This document shows positions 1-8,578 of a stretch of 64,000 nucleotides of DNA, piece by piece (position 1 is the first letter of the stretch; each line of letters opens with the position of its first letter). The position numbers and the translations under genes were made by a program. The notes under the pieces are model-generated. The model saw only the letters and a list, made by a program, of their open reading frames with translations. It did no database searches and had not been told where the DNA came from. Origin of the DNA: an uncultured virus (IMG/VR IMGVR_UViG_3300042890_004141) (Duplodnaviria; Heunggongvirae; Uroviricota; Caudoviricetes); IMG/VR virus record IMGVR_UViG_3300042890_004141, positions 1-64,000 of that record. The stretch is one strand, 5' to 3'.

Positions 1-132
1 CAACTTAGCACTCATCTCTTCATAGATCTTATCAAAACCTTCACCACTCTCTTTTGAGAGTTCGTACTGCTCTTCAGTAAGTTCTACTTCATAGATGCGT
101 TCAGTTCTTTCTATTCTAATTAATTTAGGCAT
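1..132 (-). CDS. hypothetical protein (runs off window edge)
   Basis: Manual translation MPKLIRIERTERIYEVELTEEQYELSKE..., open to position 1; not in ORF track. Confidence 0.55.
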   Translation of the reverse strand, partial: MPKLIRIERTERIYEVELTEEQYELSKESGEGFDKIYEEMSAKL

Positions 133-154
133 TTTTTAATTTGTTTAATCTTGC

Positions 155-421
155 TCATAATTTTTGTATTCGTTTTCTAATCATAAATTTAAGACATCCT
201 TTCCAAATTAGCAACCTACATATCCATTTAGGTAACCAACCTGCCATATAAGGTTCGGTTTTAGTTAGAATGTAATAAGCTACTTCCGAGTCACCTTCTA
301 CTTTGCTGAATTCAATAGTGGCTTGTTCACCTCTTGCTCTAAAGTAGAAGTAGTGTCCTAAGAACCAACCTTCTGATTGAACGGGGCAGTTGCCTGATGG
401 TTTGTAATTCCACTTAATCAT
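155..421 (-). CDS. hypothetical protein
   Basis: 88 aa ORF in tightly packed minus-strand run. Confidence 0.7.
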   Translation of the reverse strand: MIKWNYKPSGNCPVQSEGWFLGHYFYFRARGEQATIEFSKVEGDSEVAYYILTKTEPYMAGWLPKWICRLLIWKGCLKFMIRKRIQKL

Positions 422-422
422 A

Positions 423-1121
423 TTAATCCATTTCTTTATTATACCCTAAGTTTAATTCTTGAGCTTGTTTAGTTACAAAGTCTAATTGCTTTTCTCGATT
501 CTCTTTTTCAGTTTCTAGTTTCTCTAACTGCTTTTCAAATCGTTCAATACTACCCCAGATGATACTTGCATTAGGATCTAGTTCTAAGATTTCAGCTACT
601 AACTCTTTCTGTTTACCCCTAGAATAAAAACCATGTTCAATATCTTCAGACAGGTTTTGCAGATGCTCAGGACCATGAATTGAAATACGTAAGTCATAGT
701 CTGCCCACTTAGTCTTCCAATCTATAAAGGCAATACCCTTAGTTAGCTTACGTAGTAAGTCATGTAAAGACCAGTTACGTACTCTAACAATAGACCTATC
801 ACTACCAAATACGTGAAGGAATCGTAAGAACCATCTTGGACATAGCTTAGGCTTAGCTTCATAATCCATAGCTAGTACTAGAGGGTATAGAGCATTAAAG
901 CAGTCACCTTCTTCATTCCATAGATGTGTTCCTAAGTAACCGTATTTCTCAAATCCTTTAGGAAAAAAGATATAGCGGAAATCATCTAGTGTAATGTTAC
1001 GGGTGAAAATCATACCCCTCTTTCTTCCTCTCCAAAACAAGAAGAAATACTTAATGTCCTGTAAGCGCTCTTGTAGGGTAGGAGGCTTATAAAATTTACT
1101 ATTTTTGTCTATCTTGCTCAT
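423..1121 (-). CDS. hypothetical protein
   Basis: 232 aa ORF, C-terminal coiled-coil character. Confidence 0.75.
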   Translation of the reverse strand: MSKIDKNSKFYKPPTLQERLQDIKYFFLFWRGRKRGMIFTRNITLDDFRYIFFPKGFEKYGYLGTHLWNEEGDCFNALYPLVLAMDYEAKPKLCPRWFLRFLHVFGSDRSIVRVRNWSLHDLLRKLTKGIAFIDWKTKWADYDLRISIHGPEHLQNLSEDIEHGFYSRGKQKELVAEILELDPNASIIWGSIERFEKQLEKLETEKENREKQLDFVTKQAQELNLGYNKEMD

Positions 1122-1413
1122 TACTTAAGTCTTCTTTTAAACGTTCTAAAAATGTTTGTTCTCCATCATCACCACTTACCAACCAATCTATCCTATGAGC
1201 ATAGATTTGAGCTTTTCTAAGTAGGTCTACTCCTTCTTTAAATTTTTCAATTACTTCATCTGGATAATCATAGTAGTAAATTCTATCATCCCAAACTTCA
1301 TGCCATCTATCTTCATCAGCAACTTCTTTTTTATTTCCTTCAATTATTCTCTCAATTGAATCAGCAATCTGTTCAATTTTATATTGCTCGTAATCAAAAT
1401 GTCCTCCACTCAT
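1099..1413 (-). CDS. hypothetical phage protein
   Basis: 104 aa; MSGGHFDY...IDWLVSGDDGE motif pattern. Confidence 0.75.
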   Translation of the reverse strand: MSGGHFDYEQYKIEQIADSIERIIEGNKKEVADEDRWHEVWDDRIYYYDYPDEVIEKFKEGVDLLRKAQIYAHRIDWLVSGDDGEQTFLERLKEDLSNEQDRQK

Positions 1414-1418
1414 AACTT

Positions 1419-1592
1419 TTATTTACTTGATTTCATTTCAACAGCTATATCTGTCATTTGTTTTGCTTTTGGTTTACGTCCTCGCTTTGATTTAGGTTTT
1501 TCAATACCTAGATTTTCAAACCAAGGAAAAATTTGATCAAATTCTTCCATTGAGATAGTAAATGTTGTAACTATAAATTTTTCTGGATTCAT
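1419..1592 (-). CDS. small basic hypothetical protein
   Basis: Manual translation MNPEKFIV...KSKRGRKPKAK...SSK (57 aa) fills the gap exactly. Confidence 0.6.
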   Translation of the reverse strand: MNPEKFIVTTFTISMEEFDQIFPWFENLGIEKPKSKRGRKPKAKQMTDIAVEMKSSK

Positions 1593-1595
1593 AAC

Positions 1596-2018
1596 TTATT
1601 TTTTAACAACAATTAAATAACCCTCAGGTGTTGATTTGAATTGCTCAATAATCATCCCTTTAAATGATTTATCAAACATTCCCATATCATGACCTGAATG
1701 CATATATGGGCCACCACTGGGGTCAATCATATCAATTTTAGTAGTATCTGAATAGACTAATGGAGCATATTTTTTAGCTAATGGAGTTGATTTATATGTT
1801 TCTTTATCATACTCATGAACAGCGGTTTTAAATTCACCCATAGTCATTCGCTCGTCTGTATCAACATCATTAGAATAAGCCTCATATGCTCGATCATAAA
1901 CATTAGGCCAACCACAACGCATCCATTTAAATTCACCTTCAAACAAAATATTTCCATCATCCGTTTTACTGAATGTAAAAACATCATTGTAACGATTTGT
2001 ATATTTTATTTTTTTCAT
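1596..2018 (-). CDS. hypothetical protein
   Basis: 140 aa ORF; IDPSGGPY motif. Confidence 0.75.
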   Translation of the reverse strand: MKKIKYTNRYNDVFTFSKTDDGNILFEGEFKWMRCGWPNVYDRAYEAYSNDVDTDERMTMGEFKTAVHEYDKETYKSTPLAKKYAPLVYSDTTKIDMIDPSGGPYMHSGHDMGMFDKSFKGMIIEQFKSTPEGYLIVVKK

Positions 2019-2242
2019 AGTCCAAAATTATAATCTTCCATAGCAGCATCTTGTTGGGCTTGAGAATCTTCATATCTTTGATTATCTTGGTCTACATTAG
2101 CCATATAATCATCCCATTCTGATTCTTCATTCATTTCATCAATGATTTGTTTAGCTTCATCTTCATCAACCCAAACACCATTTAGTTCAGGAAAATAATA
2201 CATGTCGTCAATTGAGTAAAAATCTTTTAATGTGTATCTCAT
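2015..2242 (-). CDS. acidic hypothetical protein
   Basis: 75 aa, directly downstream of a promoter motif. Confidence 0.7.
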   Translation of the reverse strand: MRYTLKDFYSIDDMYYFPELNGVWVDEDEAKQIIDEMNEESEWDDYMANVDQDNQRYEDSQAQQDAAMEDYNFGL

Positions 2243-2258
2243 AACCTATTTATTTATC

Positions 2259-2290
2259 TAAATATAACAATACTATCTTAAAAGGCCAAA
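2259..2290 (-). promoter_or_regulatory. Bacteroidota sigma70-like early/middle promoter
   Basis: TTTGG-N19-TATATTTA on minus strand; one of 16 copies with identical spacing. Confidence 0.75.
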
Positions 2291-2713
2291 CTAATCCCAC
2301 CATTCTTCAATCCTATCATTCATTATTTTAAATAATAAACGTTTTGCTTTTTTGTGTTTGGCTATTACATTTTGAACTGCTTCAGATGACCTTACACCGG
2401 ATTTACATAGCTCATCATAGTAATACTCATTTTGAAGCTTATCAATTAACCTAACACAAGTCATCATTAATTCTGCATCACGTTGAGCATTATTATGGAA
2501 ACCATTTTCGGCTAAATGTTTAGCTTGTTTCTCTAATTTAAATTTTAGTACCTCAAAGATATAATGATGGTCCCAATCTCTATCTTTCCATATTACCCAA
2601 AACCATTTGTATAAATTTTGAATTCCATATTTAATGTACTTGTGTTGGTATTTAAAATTCCATCTAAACCACCTGTATAATTTCCAATACCACTCATTAT
2701 ATTCTTCACTCAT
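2291..2713 (-). CDS. hypothetical protein
   Basis: 140 aa, Trp-rich, DRDWD...WWD pattern. Confidence 0.75.
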   Translation of the reverse strand: MSEEYNEWYWKLYRWFRWNFKYQHKYIKYGIQNLYKWFWVIWKDRDWDHHYIFEVLKFKLEKQAKHLAENGFHNNAQRDAELMMTCVRLIDKLQNEYYYDELCKSGVRSSEAVQNVIAKHKKAKRLLFKIMNDRIEEWWD

Positions 2714-2940
2714 AACTTTCCATTTACTAAAATTGAACCATCAGTCATAATTTGATAATCAAAATTATGTTTTTTTAATGCAGTAACAGCTAGTGTTTTC
2801 ATTTTAGTGCTATTACCTGTAATAATTTTTCCAGCAAATGCTTGAACTCGATAATCCCACATGATAGCCCATTCTTCAACTATCATCATAGCATCTTCAT
2901 GTTTAACACCATGCAAATCTAATACTGAAACTTCTGTCAT
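2710..2940 (-). CDS. Smr-domain-like protein
   Basis: LDLHGVKHEDA...IITG motifs typical of Smr domains. Confidence 0.65.
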   Translation of the reverse strand: MTEVSVLDLHGVKHEDAMMIVEEWAIMWDYRVQAFAGKIITGNSTKMKTLAVTALKKHNFDYQIMTDGSILVNGKL

Positions 2941-2948
2941 AATTTATT

Positions 2949-3128
2949 TTATTTAGTTAGAATATTTTTATTACCTGGGGTGTGTTTAGGTTCATAAGGA
3001 CAATTCAAACATTTATTACCACAACACTTGCCTAACTTAAGTAAAGTTTTAGCGGGGATTGGTAATTTGTTTTTTTTATTTAAGTTCCAATCCTCATCAT
3101 CTAATCTTTCAAGTGTTGCTTTATCCAT
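2949..3128 (-). CDS. small Cys-rich protein (DUF5522-like)
   Basis: Manual translation MDKATLERL...GKCCGNKCLNCPYEPKH (59 aa); not in ORF track. Confidence 0.65.
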   Translation of the reverse strand: MDKATLERLDDEDWNLNKKNKLPIPAKTLLKLGKCCGNKCLNCPYEPKHTPGNKNILTK

Positions 3129-3134
3129 ATTTAA

Positions 3135-3338
3135 TTATTTACTATTAATATATGTAACTAGCCCAACAATTGCTAAAATTACTAATATAGCCCCTAAAGG
3201 AATCCATAAAGGAGCAGTTACCCACCACCAAGACCAAGTAGCAACAACACCCCAACCACCAAGTTTAAGTGTTAAGAAAATCAAAAATAGAATTGTACCT
3301 AATCCTAAACCTTGAGAATCTTTATTATTTTTTTCCAT
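3135..3338 (-). CDS. small membrane protein
   Basis: Two hydrophobic segments, WSWWWVTAPLW; ATG at 3338 preferred because it follows the promoter. Confidence 0.7.
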   Translation of the reverse strand: MEKNNKDSQGLGLGTILFLIFLTLKLGGWGVVATWSWWWVTAPLWIPLGAILVILAIVGLVTYINSK

Positions 3339-3342
3339 GCCA

Positions 3343-3374
3343 TGAATATACAAAAGAAGTTTTACAAAACCAAA
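3343..3374 (-). promoter_or_regulatory. early/middle promoter
   Basis: TTTGG-N19-TATATTCA. Confidence 0.65.
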
Positions 3375-3404
3375 TTAATTTGAAAGAGGTGCTTTAATAG
3401 TTGG
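3375..3404 (-). pseudogene. orphan duplicate of thyA 3' end
   Basis: Reads PTIKAPLSN* versus thyA C-terminus PTIKFPLSN*. Confidence 0.8.
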
Positions 3405-3415
3405 TAATATAGTAA

Positions 3416-3928
3416 TCATTCTTTGTATTTCCAAATAAATTTATGGGCTGATTTTCTTCTCCCTTTACATACTTCACATATAGCTGAACTGGGTACTCCT
3501 GTTTTAGAATAGGCTTCACCCATTGATTTATATTCTGCTATGAAATTTCCTTGTTTATCAAATTGCAAAACAGCTGTACTAGTTCCTAGATCCCAAGTTA
3601 TTTTTTGTCCCTTAAGTTTATTACTAACTGTTGGTTTTTTTATTCCTTTTTGTTTATTTCCTATTAATTTCTTAGCTGATTCAGTTTGTTGGTTTGGTCC
3701 GCCACCACCCTTATTTTTATTTAATAAAGTTATATTCCAACCATTAAATAATTCAATCCACCATTGTTCCCAAAACATCCATTCATTTTCTTCTACTTCA
3801 TCAATTACTTCTAGAGATACATCTTTACTAAAATTTATTCTATGTTCTCTTAATCGTCTAATAGGTTCATTAGTTTTACCTAAATAAACAGGTATTTCGT
3901 TTTCTAATAATATATAAATTGAAATCAT
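3416..3928 (-). mobile_element. free-standing homing endonuclease (GIY-YIG-like with NUMOD1-type C-terminus)
   Basis: SIY...YLGKT...RLREH, E..WI, LLN motifs; C-terminal VLQFDKQG...AICEVCKGRRKSAHKFIWKY. Confidence 0.8.
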
Positions 3929-3963
3929 AATGGCACGTTTATTATAAATATTGTGCCATTATG
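3926..3963 (-). promoter_or_regulatory. 11-bp hairpin sequestering the endonuclease ATG, putative late promoter in loop
   Basis: CATAATGGCAC / GTGCCATTATG perfect inverted repeat; loop contains ATATTTATAA. Confidence 0.75.
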
Positions 3964-3972
3964 TTTCTTACA

Positions 3973-4968
3973 CTAGTTTGATAAAGGAAATTTAATTGTT
4001 GGATGCGGGTCATACCCAATTAACATAAAATCATTTAAATCAATTTCATCAGCTTTACCGGCTAATGTGGCTCTAAAATTATGACCTGAACTCATATGTA
4101 ATCTAGGCAATTCACGAGGTTCTCTATTTATTTGTTCTTTAGCTCCTTCTAAATGGTCTGAATATAAATGGCAATCACCTAAATGGCCTATAAGGTGTTC
4201 AGGAATCATATTAACTTCTCTTGCTATCATTTCAAGTAATAAACCATAAGAAGCAATATTAAAGGGGAGGCCAAGAGCAGAATCTATACTACGCTGATTC
4301 CATAATAAACTTAAATAACGTTGTCCCTCTTTTTCCACAGAATATAGTTGGAAACTATGGTGACAAGGAGGTAATACCATATCTTCTAATTCAGCTACAT
4401 TCCAAGCTGAAACCATTAGTCGTCGTGAGTCTGGATTTGTTTTAAGTTCGTTAATTAGGTTTGCGATTTGGTCTGTGTATTCACCTGATCCATTATAATA
4501 ATCTGCCCATCTTCTCCATTGCCTACCGTAGATTGGCCCTAAGTCACCCCACTCTTTAGCAAACTCATTATCGGTTTTTATAAAGTTGATGAATTCTTCT
4601 TGTGTGAATGGTTCAGTCAATGTTCTATTTTTCTTAGAATTTTCTAATAATTTAGTTTTACCAACATATTCACCTTTATTATATCTTTTAATATACGCTT
4701 TATAACAATCTCCATCCCAAATATGACATTTATTATCAACCAAATACTTAATATTTGTATCACCCATCAAAAACCACATCAACTCAGTTGCCATTGTTTT
4801 AAATGGCATCTTTTTAGTAGTTAGTAATGGAAAACCATTCATCATATTGTGATGAATAGTATAACCAAAAATTGATTTAGTACCTGTTCCAGTACGATCC
4901 TTTTTATCTACTCCATACTCAAGAATATCCTTAAGTAATCTTTGATATTGTTCGTCTAATCTATTCAT
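3973..4968 (-). CDS. thyA: thymidylate synthase
   Basis: DRTGTGT, FPLLTTKK, GDLGPIYGRQWR, SRR, LPPCH, QRSID..LGLPFNIASY, HLY motifs. Confidence 0.97.
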   Translation of the reverse strand: MNRLDEQYQRLLKDILEYGVDKKDRTGTGTKSIFGYTIHHNMMNGFPLLTTKKMPFKTMATELMWFLMGDTNIKYLVDNKCHIWDGDCYKAYIKRYNKGEYVGKTKLLENSKKNRTLTEPFTQEEFINFIKTDNEFAKEWGDLGPIYGRQWRRWADYYNGSGEYTDQIANLINELKTNPDSRRLMVSAWNVAELEDMVLPPCHHSFQLYSVEKEGQRYLSLLWNQRSIDSALGLPFNIASYGLLLEMIAREVNMIPEHLIGHLGDCHLYSDHLEGAKEQINREPRELPRLHMSSGHNFRATLAGKADEIDLNDFMLIGYDPHPTIKFPLSN

Positions 4969-4972
4969 GGCT

Positions 4973-5004
4973 TAAATATAAGGAGCCCCTTTCGGGGCTC
5001 CAAA
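4973..5004 (-). promoter_or_regulatory. early/middle promoter for thyA overlapping a GC hairpin
   Basis: TTTGG-N19-TATATTTA. Confidence 0.7.
4982..5001 (-). terminator. stem-loop, probable intrinsic terminator
   Basis: GGAGCCCC-GAAA-GGGGCTCC followed by TTATATTT on minus strand. Confidence 0.65.
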
Positions 5005-5010
5005 TCAAAT

Positions 5011-5901
5011 TTACTTTTTAATTATTTTTTTACTTGTTCCGTCACTGTAAATATAAACCACTAACTCATCCTCTTTAACGTTATAAACACGGCGGCCCAT
5101 CATATCATACATTGCGACAATCTTAGGTTCAGGTTTAATAATGGTGGTTATAGACGTTGTATTGGCGCGTTTACATACATCCAAACGTCTGAACATAAAT
5201 GTATCTTGTCTTAAGCACTTATTCCACCATTCAGCATACATCAACACACGTCCACTGTCTTTAAAGGTATAATCAGCAATTCGTGTTTGAGTATAACCTA
5301 AATAATCCGCATCCGGAAAATCATACTCTATACCAATTTGGTAATCAGTTAAATTATCCCATTCTTTCTGAGACATTGTATCCATCCAAGGTCCTTTATA
5401 AAATACCATATAGTACACCATACAAGTGTCTTTCAATGGATATCCTTTAATATAATTCATTTCAAACTTATATTTTTTACAATCATTCATATCTATAGAA
5501 TATCCTAACCCAGCACCTGGAAATTGGATTAGTTCTACTATACGATAAAGTGCTGTATCACATTTATTACATTTATTTACTACTTTTATATACAATTTGT
5601 ATTTACCTCTAGTATTAAATAATACTTCCACAAATCCATTCCTTTCATAAAGATAATACTCAAATCCTACACCAGTATCTTTTCCACCTTTAAGAACTTG
5701 AGATTTTCCTGTTTGAAAATTATAAATGGACATTTGATAACTAACACAAGTGTCATCACCAATCCCAGCACCACTTACTTGCCACTTATAGTAGTTACGT
5801 TCATTCCATTGCTGGAGTTTCAATGTGCTCCAATCACATTTGGCGTTCAAACCCAATACTGTCAATAAGGTAAAAACTAGAGTCATTAATTGTTTCTTCA
5901 T
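5011..5901 (-). CDS. secreted Cys-containing protein with T9SS CTD-like tail
   Basis: Signal peptide MKKQLMTLVFTLLTVLGLNA; C-terminus YDMMGRRV...YIYSDGTSKKIIKK. Confidence 0.65.
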   Translation of the reverse strand: MKKQLMTLVFTLLTVLGLNAKCDWSTLKLQQWNERNYYKWQVSGAGIGDDTCVSYQMSIYNFQTGKSQVLKGGKDTGVGFEYYLYERNGFVEVLFNTRGKYKLYIKVVNKCNKCDTALYRIVELIQFPGAGLGYSIDMNDCKKYKFEMNYIKGYPLKDTCMVYYMVFYKGPWMDTMSQKEWDNLTDYQIGIEYDFPDADYLGYTQTRIADYTFKDSGRVLMYAEWWNKCLRQDTFMFRRLDVCKRANTTSITTIIKPEPKIVAMYDMMGRRVYNVKEDELVVYIYSDGTSKKIIKK

Positions 5902-5985
5902 ATTTTATATTTTTTATTGTTTTATTTGTAACCGAAACCGTAGCATTAAATACTATAATTAATAGAATACTATACGGGTTTAATC

Positions 5986-6141
5986 TCATTTTATTGTATC
6001 TTTAAAATTAGTTTCTACTTTAAATTTAGGTTTCTTTCTAGCATTCTTATAGTTTTTAACTGAATCAACTGTACTAATTCCTACTATAAACGCCACTGTT
6101 GAATATATTATATAATCAAAATATTTACTATACCAAGGCAT
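5986..6141 (-). CDS. small membrane protein
   Basis: Manual translation MPWYSKYFDYIIYSTVAFIVGISTV... (51 aa). Confidence 0.5.
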   Translation of the reverse strand: MPWYSKYFDYIIYSTVAFIVGISTVDSVKNYKNARKKPKFKVETNFKDTIK

Positions 6142-6142
6142 A

Positions 6143-6490
6143 TTATCTACTATAAAATGTATTATAAAACCAATTACCCCAACTGCGTTTTATTTTTTGT
6201 ATTTTAATATCAAACCTACGCTTAGCACAAACCACAACATATATTTTAGGCTTCTCATTCAATGAACGAATATATTGTTTAAGCGCCTTACCAAAATCAG
6301 CCTTAAAAATACTAAACAAAAACCAAAACAACTTCTTCTGATCATAGCTATCAAAGATCCATTTACCGCCTTTGTAATTAGCAATTTTCTTCAACTCAGA
6401 AGCCTCATGCCCTGAATACACTTCAAAATAGTTGTGATTGGGTTTAAATACCAAATACTCTGTTTCACTCAAATTGTATGTAAAATTCAT
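6143..6490 (-). CDS. hypothetical protein
   Basis: 115 aa ORF. Confidence 0.7.
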   Translation of the reverse strand: MNFTYNLSETEYLVFKPNHNYFEVYSGHEASELKKIANYKGGKWIFDSYDQKKLFWFLFSIFKADFGKALKQYIRSLNEKPKIYVVVCAKRRFDIKIQKIKRSWGNWFYNTFYSR

Positions 6491-6515
6491 AACCTTATTA
6501 TTTTTATTAATATAA

Positions 6516-7205
6516 TTAAATTTTCTTAAATTTACAAGCTAAAATAACAGCTTCTGCCATCTTTTTATGACCCGAGGCCGTCATGTGGCATAAAAAATCC
6601 CCACAGTCGGTCCTCGAAATACAATGTGTTTTTACTACTTGCGCCCCCACAATCGAATCCATTAACAATTGTTGAAACCTAGCGTAGCGTTGCGGATACC
6701 CTTTGTATATATCTCGTCCCGCTACATTAATACATGTTACTGGATCAAACCCTGTAACTACTATTGGTGTTACTCCAAACCGTAAACACCTGTTTACAAT
6801 CACCTGGATATTCTTAACTGACTTAATAGGCGGTCTGTTACCAGCCATGTCATTTGCCCCACCGTAAATAAAGCAGTAATCAAAATACTCAGTTATTGAC
6901 CTACTAGCTACCTCAACCATCCATCCAGTTTGTTTACCTCCAACGGCTGTGTTTAAGTAACTCATACCTGTTTTTTTACATACTTGGTGCTGCCATCCAT
7001 AATCGGCGGCCGTATGTGAATCACCTATAAATAGTGCTTTCTTTCCTCGCACACTGTATACTATTGGTGTTGTATCCTTATATACAATTACTGTTGTATC
7101 TATTTTGGTTGGTTGTGTTGGTTTGGACCAAGCCATAACCGTGATGATAAAGCCGGCTACCAATAATAGTATTAATAATAGGGCTACTTGTGTTGTTCGT
7201 TTCAT
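6516..7205 (-). CDS. SGNH/GDSL-family hydrolase with N-terminal membrane anchor or signal
   Basis: FIGDSHT (block I), GGAND (block III), D..CH.TASGH (block V). Confidence 0.85.
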   Translation of the reverse strand: MKRTTQVALLLILLLVAGFIITVMAWSKPTQPTKIDTTVIVYKDTTPIVYSVRGKKALFIGDSHTAADYGWQHQVCKKTGMSYLNTAVGGKQTGWMVEVASRSITEYFDYCFIYGGANDMAGNRPPIKSVKNIQVIVNRCLRFGVTPIVVTGFDPVTCINVAGRDIYKGYPQRYARFQQLLMDSIVGAQVVKTHCISRTDCGDFLCHMTASGHKKMAEAVILACKFKKI

Positions 7206-7232
7206 AACTTTATTTTAAATTGTATATACGTA

Positions 7233-7421
7233 TTAAGAGTTGTGGGATGGTTGAGCAAGCTTAATTTTTTTAAGTTCACTATATGCTTTTTGAACTAATC
7301 TATGCTCACACCTTATCTCTCCATTTTGTTTTAATTCTTTTACTTTGTCATGCAACTCATAAAGGAATCCTTTAGCATGAGCCTTGTGATATAATTCTTC
7401 AATTAGTTCATTATTAGTCAT
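7233..7421 (-). CDS. hypothetical protein
   Basis: 62 aa ORF. Confidence 0.65.
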   Translation of the reverse strand: MTNNELIEELYHKAHAKGFLYELHDKVKELKQNGEIRCEHRLVQKAYSELKKIKLAQPSHNS

Positions 7422-7435
7422 AGATATAAATATAC

Positions 7436-7750
7436 TTATTTCTTATCTAAGTAATGACGTTCATGTGGTCTTAATTGAACTTCACGCTTCATAGTATGAA
7501 TATATTGAGTACCAAACTCCTTTGGTTTTTTACATCTAATATTAGTATTCCAATAATATAGAGGAGCATTATACTCTTCATAACTTGGCTCACCTTTACT
7601 ATATCTTACAAAACGTCTTGGGCCATTAAAACTTCTAAACTCTCTACAAGTAACTCTATACCATTTACCATTTTGTAGTTGGACTTGACTTTCAACAACA
7701 GTATTAAAGTCATACCTTAGTGTTTCTGTTTGGCCTCTTTTTTCACTCAT
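7436..7750 (-). CDS. hypothetical protein
   Basis: 104 aa; WYRVTCREFRSFNGPRR. Confidence 0.7.
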   Translation of the reverse strand: MSEKRGQTETLRYDFNTVVESQVQLQNGKWYRVTCREFRSFNGPRRFVRYSKGEPSYEEYNAPLYYWNTNIRCKKPKEFGTQYIHTMKREVQLRPHERHYLDKK

Positions 7751-7751
7751 A

Positions 7752-7976
7752 TTAATCTAACAAACCGTTATTTTCTATAGTGTACCATACTCTTTCTTTC
7801 CATACTTCCAACTTAACACCTTCAATCCGGTCAGCATCTTTATAACCTAACATAGTATAATCAGCTAGTTTCCAAACCAATTCCATTAGTTTAGTGTCTG
7901 CTAGTTCCATATCACCTGTTTGAAGAATGTTTAGGCAATTTTTCCACATTGGGGTAATTATATTTGTTTTTCTCAT
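7752..7976 (-). CDS. hypothetical protein
   Basis: ORF track 7752..8018; ATG at 7976 preferred. Confidence 0.65.
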   Translation of the reverse strand: MRKTNIITPMWKNCLNILQTGDMELADTKLMELVWKLADYTMLGYKDADRIEGVKLEVWKERVWYTIENNGLLD

Positions 7977-8058
7977 AACTTTTATTTCTTTAATACATGA
8001 ATTGTCCATCCGGTCCAAGCTGCTGCTATTATTATTGTAACTACCATAACTTTATTTA

Positions 8059-8331
8059 TTAAATATAATCTTGAATATCATACATGTGCGTATCTTGATA
8101 AATTTCTACCATATCAAACTCGTTAGCTCTTTCATTTAAACTAGCAACTGTTTCAAAATAATCTTCTTTAGTTTTAACAGGAAAATCAACTTGGTTTCCA
8201 TTATCTAAACGCTTAACACATATACGAACCATATCGTATGATTCAATATAACCTGTCATTTCAGCTCTTCTAAGTTCAACATCATTATCAAATGTAAACT
8301 TGTAATTAGGATTGATTTTTATTTTTTCCAT
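8059..8331 (-). CDS. hypothetical protein
   Basis: 90 aa, downstream of promoter. Confidence 0.7.
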   Translation of the reverse strand: MEKIKINPNYKFTFDNDVELRRAEMTGYIESYDMVRICVKRLDNGNQVDFPVKTKEDYFETVASLNERANEFDMVEIYQDTHMYDIQDYI

Positions 8332-8353
8332 AACCTTTATTTCTTTTATAATA

Positions 8354-8385
8354 TAAATATAACAAATTAATCTCCGAAAGCCAAA
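8354..8385 (-). promoter_or_regulatory. early/middle promoter
   Basis: TTTGG-N19-TATATTTA. Confidence 0.75.
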
Positions 8386-8517
8386 CCCCTCTTTTCCTTT
8401 TTACGGTCGTAAACCTTTTTACTTGATTTAACCCTTGTAATCATGTTACGACGAATAATTTGTTTAACCTGTCCTTTACTTAAACCGTTAAATTTATCTT
8501 CCTGTTTCATCATATTG

Positions 8518-8549
8518 TAAATATAACAAAGGGATCTAGCAAAGCCAAA
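8518..8549 (-). promoter_or_regulatory. early/middle promoter
   Basis: TTTGG-N19-TATATTTA. Confidence 0.75.
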
Positions 8550-8578
8550 CCCCTTTTTTTATTATAATTTGTTTTTTA

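Noticed and set aside
3375..4968. Group I intron in thyA carrying the endonuclease
   Set aside because: thyA is continuous and complete with its own stop upstream of the endonuclease, and the flanks (44 and 11 nt) are too short for a ribozyme core.
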